A stretch of DNA of 17,043 nucleotides. Origin: a metagenome. Under the pieces are notes generated by a model. The model did not search any database. It saw nothing but the letters and a program-made list of their open reading frames with translations, and was not told where the DNA came from. The position numbers and the translations under genes were made by a program. Location: sequence record WANG22-1_SAMN08714535-S011_METAG-scaffold_748; one strand, 5' to 3'. Positions 12,300 through 17,043 of the stretch are shown one piece after another (position 1 is the stretch's first letter; every line of letters begins with the position of its first letter).

Positions 12300-15200
12300 C
12301 TAATTGTCTACGTTTGGTGGTTTTCTAAAGTCTCGAGGCAATCGCATCACCCCGTAGCTCGGCGCCGTGAATGTTGGCCTTTCATTGAGCGTGTCAATTT
12401 TCACCTCCCTCTGCGTTTCCCCGGCGGAAGAACCTCTCGGTTTTCGTTTAAACTCGTCGGATCCGTACCATCTCTCCGTGCAAGCGTCGCGCTTCGCGAG
12501 ACGATCTGCTCTTCTCGCGCTTCGCGCCAAACGGTGGCGCTCGATGGCTGGCTTTGGCGCGTCTGGAGGTGGGTGACGAATGAACGTGACGTCAGAACTC
12601 TCTGTACGTCTGTAACCCGTCGCAGTCTTTGCCAAGGGGACTTTCCCGCCGAGCGTCGTGTTGATTGACTCTGCCGGAGCGTCTTCGTTGACTATTCGTT
12701 CGACTTTGCCGCCTCGCGTCGAGCGCGGACGCGACTCGCTCGATTCAAATTTCTTTTTGCGCCAAAACTCATTCAGTCGGATTTTAGCGCCCGTCTCGTC
12801 TGCATCGCGTTGCTTTTGGACCGCGCCGTGCAGCTGAGAAGTGACGTCGCGCATCGTTTCGCGCGACGGCGCACTCAAACCTCCCGCGTCTTGAACCTTT
12901 GTGTCGTAAAGCATAACCGATGACGCGCCCAATTCATCGCCCAAGAGACGCTTCATGTCATCGAGCGCGTTCTCAGCCGCGGAACGAACGCGATCGCTGT
13001 CGTCCGTATCGATCACCTTTAAGTAAACGGCGATGAGTTTGTCCGCATCCCTCTTATCAGAAGCCGACACTTCCGCGCGTCTCAACTTGCGAGATAGGCG
13101 CGAAGCCATCAGAGCGCCCCCTGGTAGACGCCTTTCCCGTTCGTCTACGAATTTACGGAACGCAGCGTCGACGTAAGGAGTCGTTTCGAGCGGCTGGAAT
13201 ATGTAGTACGTCCCTTGCGCGCCCCGAGTGTAAAGAGTGACGAGGTCCGCCAAGGCTCCGACGGCGATTTCGCGGATTTCAGGCATCGCGTCGACGAGCA
13301 TGCTGTACAAAGCATCGTGGGCAAGCTGTGCCGCGTGCGGCGACATGTTTGCGACGTACGGCGTGTGTTTTCCGCGATCGTCGCGCGCAACCATCGCGCG
13401 TTGAACTGCGCTGAGTTCGAGCTTGATGACTTGATGCATGAGCTCGCTCGCGTGCAGCTTGATGGTTCCGTCGCTCTCGCTCAAGCTCGTAATCATCCCC
13501 GCGAGAGCCTTGAGCAGATCTGATCGAGTGGTCACGTCATGTATCAGCGCATGCATAATGTCGGCTACGAAAGCGGCGTTCGAGGTGCCGGAATGACGAA
13601 CCATGCACTCGAAAATTCCCTGTAATCCATCAATCTCAAAGACGCTCGCCGTCGCCCCTCCCACTCGCACGAGCGTGGCAACTGTACGAATGGCATAAAA
13701 GGAAATCTGTTGATCGATACTGAGCGTCGCCTTGAACAGCGTACTCATGAGATCATTCGCCATCTCAGTTCGTTCTTTGTCAGCTTCTTCTCGAAGCTTG
13801 GTAACCGTGGCGTGATATCCCATTTTAGTGAACACCGTGTATTCAGACGTTTCGTCGTCGTCATCCTGTTCCACCCGCAGCCAGCTTTGAGCCACATACA
13901 AAACGCGTTCCGATCGATCGAGCGCGCGCAGCTCGTCGGTGTCTGGATTACGAATGTGCGTCACTGGCTGGCTCACTTTGGTGGCCAATTTCGGTGAAGA
14001 GATGGCGAACGCGTCGTCGATGATGAGTCTCAGCGTCTTGAAGGACATGTCAAATTCCCCGTCAGTCTGATCCAAGTCAATGTCATGCGCGTTGAATAAA
14101 AGCGTCGCCATGACGTTTGCAAACTCAACCGATTGGACGCACTCCATCGTCACGCTCGCCACGACTGACAGGAGTGTTTTTGACTCTGCGTCTTTGATGC
14201 ACTTTGTAATCACGCCGACAATCCGCTGCACGCCTCCCCAAGCTATTGAGTCGCTCTCGTCGTTGCACCACAAAGTGATTTCCACGACAGCTTTCACGAA
14301 CGGATCCATGATTTCGCGATACAATTCTTCTCCACTTTTGGCTAGAAAAGTCGCCTCAAAGTCCTCCGTGCAGCAGTGCACCATTGCGCTGAGTTCGTCA
14401 AACGCGTCGGTGGCGTTTTCCCAATCTTCTTCGAGAGTTTCAGATTTCTTCTTCATCTTTGTCTTTTTCAACAGCGATGACACGAGCTTTGTGCGCTGCT
14501 CGACGTCGAGAAGATCATAAAAAGCGAGCAGAGCGACGACACGATCGCGCCGATGATCCGATTCAACCTGCGCCTCGACAAACTCTGGTGAAAGCACTTC
14601 ATTAGCCTTTTCCGCTTGTTCCGGATCCCGCAGCTTTCGCACTTCGTCGTTGATGCATATAAAATCTCGTTGGTGATTGAGCACTCGAGCGACAATCATC
14701 GCTATGATTGTGATCACGATACCGATGATTGTTCCGGGTCGACTCCACGAGGACTGCGATTCGATCCCGTGCGCTTGCCACGGTGGGTCATTGAAAGTGC
14801 GAGCGGCAAAAGTAACAATCGCAAACAACGTCGCTCCAGCGAAAGATCCGGCGCGCGTCTCGTTCCAGCGCTGACCAAACCCTCGCAACGATTGCTTCTG
14901 CACGTGCAGCACCAGCAATACGACGCAAACGAGTATCAACAGGAAATCTCGACCCGTATTCAGAGAACGTATGCGTGCGTCGGCTGACGCCGCCGGAAAA
15001 CCTGCGGCGGGCAGTTCAGCCTCCATGTAAGCCGCAAACGTCGCCATCAAAAGCTTGAGAAAGACATTCGCGAGCTCGAACGATGGCAGCGGCCGCAAAT
15101 TTGCTGAAACACACTCTGTGTCAAGCGCGGTTTTCATCGCGAAAAAGGTTCCGCCGAGGCCGACGAAGAGGGCGTTGATCATGTTGGCGCCGAACGCCGC

Positions 15201-17033
15201 GTCTCTCTTCTTTGACAAGTGCACCCAAGGCGTCGGAGTGAACGAAGTGGTCACCATGAGAAATCCAAGGGACGAACAAATCATGGGCACGAACGTGACG
15301 CGAAGCATGATGACTCGCAGCACAATCGCTACAGAAGACAAGCGCGCCTGCAGGCTTGCCGCCGTCTGCGAGCGACGCCTGCACAACAAGGCAGATTTTG
15401 CCATTTCTTCCATTCTATGCGCCGCTTTGCGCGGAATGTATCGCGCATTCGCCGGCGACGCCGTTTCGACGCGAACCGTCCGCATGACGCGAGCGTCGCT
15501 CGCTCTTTCCCACTCGATATCACGCACGATTCGCGTGCGTTGTTTTTCACCGTCGCGAACCGGCTCAAAGTCATCCGCTCTCGGACGAGGCTGGCACAAA
15601 ATGGTGCGAACAATGGAATGGAATCTGTTGCGCACCTTGTCGAGTATCCCAGAGCCACCTTCTAGTATCGCGTCGATGTCTTCATCTTCGTCGTCGCCAT
15701 CTCCCCCGTCGTCACCGAGACCGGTGTAGTATTCCAAGCTCAGATCGCCGCCGAGTTCGACGAGCTCGGCGTACAGCCACATCGTGTCGTACAAGTGATT
15801 CGCAACCTTTTCGCAAAACTTTGCCAACAGTGGGAGCACGACGGCGGCGAAGAGCATCAACACGAACATGTTCGAAAGAGTCGATGCAGCCGCTGGAGGC
15901 GCTAGGTCTGGGCCGAACAAGTTGGACCAAAACACGACTCCCGCGAAACTATCCCTATACATTTCGTTGGAGTGCGCCGTGCTTCTCCACGCAAACGCGG
16001 TGAATGCGAAAAACTCGACGCACAACTGGAAACGGAGCAGCTGCTGACACCAATAATCCTTGCTCAGCATTTGAGACACTGCGTGATCTAGTTTCATCTT
16101 GAAGACTGTGATTCGGAGCGATAAGTGATACTTGACGGCGGCGTATCGCCTCGCGATGGCGGACATCGCGTTGTCCTTCAACGCCGCTCGCGATCGATCC
16201 GCGAGTTCCTGTTCGTACAACCGTTTTTGGAAAGCTTCTTCCTCCGGCGTCCAGAGGCCCTTTTGTTTCGCAGCCTTCTCGCGCGCGATACGTCTCCGCT
16301 CAACCGTCGCATTCTTCACGTCGGCTTCTAAATCGAGCTTTGTAATGTACGTCAGGTACTCCGTCTTGATAAACGTCATCGTCTCCTGCAACTCTTGCTC
16401 AAACTCCTCTTCTCTCTCCGCCTTTTCCTCTCCCCTCCCAATCATGTCGTACGACGCCCCGACGTCGAGCAACACGTTGCGTTCGTCGTTAAAATCCGAC
16501 GACGGAAGACTTCTCCCAAACCAATACAAGCAAAACGCGCCAAAGCCGATGAACGCCAACGCGATGGACGTGTTCGATCCCGGCTCACACGTCCAAACTG
16601 CCTCCACCCGCACGCTCTCGCTCGCCACGCAATCGTTCGCATCCACCACCACCGCCGTGTAATTCCCTTCGACATCCGGCCTCAATATCGCGCTCACGCT
16701 CCCCTCGGCGACAAACGTCGCGTTGGCGTACGAAGTCGAGTTACTCAACGCGCTCGCCGCCGGCCAACTCGTCAACATCCACCTAAACCCCGAAACCGAC
16801 GACGCATCATCGCTCTCGAACACAAACGTATCGAAACACCTCGCGAACGACGCATCGACCGCCTGCGCGTCGTATTCCGCACCACCATCGCCTTTAAGCT
16901 CGGCTCGCGTCGCGTACGACGTCGGCTCTGTACGCGTCGAAACCGACCTCCCACCGACGCCCCCCGGCGTGACGCACGCCGAGGCGCCGATCCACCCACC
17001 GGTTAACACGAACATAATCGCGAACGACGCCAT
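12300..17033 (-). CDS. Large (1577 aa) uncharacterised multi-pass membrane protein. It has a signal-peptide-like N-terminus, an Ig/PKD-like ectodomain, a charged coiled-coil, about 9 further hydrophobic helices and a ~790-aa alpha-helical (ARM/HEAT-like) C-terminal region
   Basis: The 4.7-kb ORF is uninterrupted and starts at ATG 17033 (MASFAIMFVLTGGWIGASAC). The ectodomain has sequons NSTS, NATF, NYT and NTS, plus FRWMLTSWP...EGNYTAVVVDANDC...VRVEAVWTC. The first TM helix is SIALAFIGFGAFCLYWF, and the last (GTIIGIVITIIAMIVARVL) lies at about 14690-14745. Codon bias matches neighbouring genes. I recognise no named family. Confidence 0.75.
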   Translation of the reverse strand: MASFAIMFVLTGGWIGASACVTPGGVGGRSVSTRTEPTSYATRAELKGDGGAEYDAQAVDASFARCFDTFVFESDDASSVSGFRWMLTSWPAASALSNSTSYANATFVAEGSVSAILRPDVEGNYTAVVVDANDCVASESVRVEAVWTCEPGSNTSIALAFIGFGAFCLYWFGRSLPSSDFNDERNVLLDVGASYDMIGRGEEKAEREEEFEQELQETMTFIKTEYLTYITKLDLEADVKNATVERRRIAREKAAKQKGLWTPEEEAFQKRLYEQELADRSRAALKDNAMSAIARRYAAVKYHLSLRITVFKMKLDHAVSQMLSKDYWCQQLLRFQLCVEFFAFTAFAWRSTAHSNEMYRDSFAGVVFWSNLFGPDLAPPAAASTLSNMFVLMLFAAVVLPLLAKFCEKVANHLYDTMWLYAELVELGGDLSLEYYTGLGDDGGDGDDEDEDIDAILEGGSGILDKVRNRFHSIVRTILCQPRPRADDFEPVRDGEKQRTRIVRDIEWERASDARVMRTVRVETASPANARYIPRKAAHRMEEMAKSALLCRRRSQTAASLQARLSSVAIVLRVIMLRVTFVPMICSSLGFLMVTTSFTPTPWVHLSKKRDAAFGANMINALFVGLGGTFFAMKTALDTECVSANLRPLPSFELANVFLKLLMATFAAYMEAELPAAGFPAASADARIRSLNTGRDFLLILVCVVLLVLHVQKQSLRGFGQRWNETRAGSFAGATLFAIVTFAARTFNDPPWQAHGIESQSSWSRPGTIIGIVITIIAMIVARVLNHQRDFICINDEVRKLRDPEQAEKANEVLSPEFVEAQVESDHRRDRVVALLAFYDLLDVEQRTKLVSSLLKKTKMKKKSETLEEDWENATDAFDELSAMVHCCTEDFEATFLAKSGEELYREIMDPFVKAVVEITLWCNDESDSIAWGGVQRIVGVITKCIKDAESKTLLSVVASVTMECVQSVEFANVMATLLFNAHDIDLDQTDGEFDMSFKTLRLIIDDAFAISSPKLATKVSQPVTHIRNPDTDELRALDRSERVLYVAQSWLRVEQDDDDETSEYTVFTKMGYHATVTKLREEADKERTEMANDLMSTLFKATLSIDQQISFYAIRTVATLVRVGGATASVFEIDGLQGIFECMVRHSGTSNAAFVADIMHALIHDVTTRSDLLKALAGMITSLSESDGTIKLHASELMHQVIKLELSAVQRAMVARDDRGKHTPYVANMSPHAAQLAHDALYSMLVDAMPEIREIAVGALADLVTLYTRGAQGTYYIFQPLETTPYVDAAFRKFVDERERRLPGGALMASRLSRKLRRAEVSASDKRDADKLIAVYLKVIDTDDSDRVRSAAENALDDMKRLLGDELGASSVMLYDTKVQDAGGLSAPSRETMRDVTSQLHGAVQKQRDADETGAKIRLNEFWRKKKFESSESRPRSTRGGKVERIVNEDAPAESINTTLGGKVPLAKTATGYRRTESSDVTFIRHPPPDAPKPAIERHRLARSARRADRLAKRDACTERWYGSDEFKRKPRGSSAGETQREVKIDTLNERPTFTAPSYGVMRLPRDFRKPPNVDN

Positions 17034-17043
17034 CGTCGCCCGA

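Noticed and set aside
1-17043. Operon-like defence, biosynthetic or mobile-element system
   Set aside because: The genes carry spliceosomal introns and eukaryote-only functions (AP-3 adaptin, VDAC, HORMA/REV7). They are on mixed strands with their own promoters and are functionally unrelated. I found no integrase, transposase or reverse transcriptase, no terminal inverted or long terminal repeats, and no compositional island.

Overview
This window is eukaryotic nuclear DNA, not prokaryotic. It is compact, GC-rich (roughly 60% by eye, not computed) and intron-poor, with strong GC3 and CGN/GAC codon bias. Spacers run 29-590 bp and introns about 100-300 nt. The gene content and layout fit a picoplanktonic green alga of the Mamiellophyceae (Ostreococcus/Micromonas-like), but that assignment is inference only.

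I call nine protein-coding genes, in order:
- plastid terminal oxidase PTOX (+)
- a HORMA-domain REV7/MAD2-family protein (-, 1 intron)
- a single-domain DJ-1/PfpI protein (-)
- a VDAC/eukaryotic porin (+, 3 introns)
- the AP-3 adaptor beta subunit (+, 1 intron near the 5' end)
- a DUF2301-like plastid-type membrane protein (-)
- a seven-knuckle CCHC zinc-finger (CNBP-like) protein (+)
- dihydroxyacetone kinase (+)
- a 1577-aa uncharacterised multi-pass membrane protein (-)

The ORF track uses GTG/TTG starts in several places, so I moved starts to the first plausible ATG. The five inferred introns were rebuilt by hand from homology breaks plus phase-consistent GT..AG sites. All five share a GT[AG]CG donor and a GACTGACG branch-like box.

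I see no rRNA, tRNA, CRISPR array, transposon, or operon-like defence or biosynthetic cluster. The genes are functionally unrelated housekeeping or organelle genes, so I cannot support a coherent multi-gene system here. The items most worth a second look are:
- the orphan giant membrane protein, including a possible frame-shifting cryptic intron inside it
- the rigid intron signal set
- a palindrome- and repeat-rich divergent promoter between DJ-1 and VDAC
- an inverted telo-box pair in another divergent promoter
- an AP-3 beta that ends in its acidic hinge with no ear domain
- a 29-bp stop-to-stop gap between convergent genes
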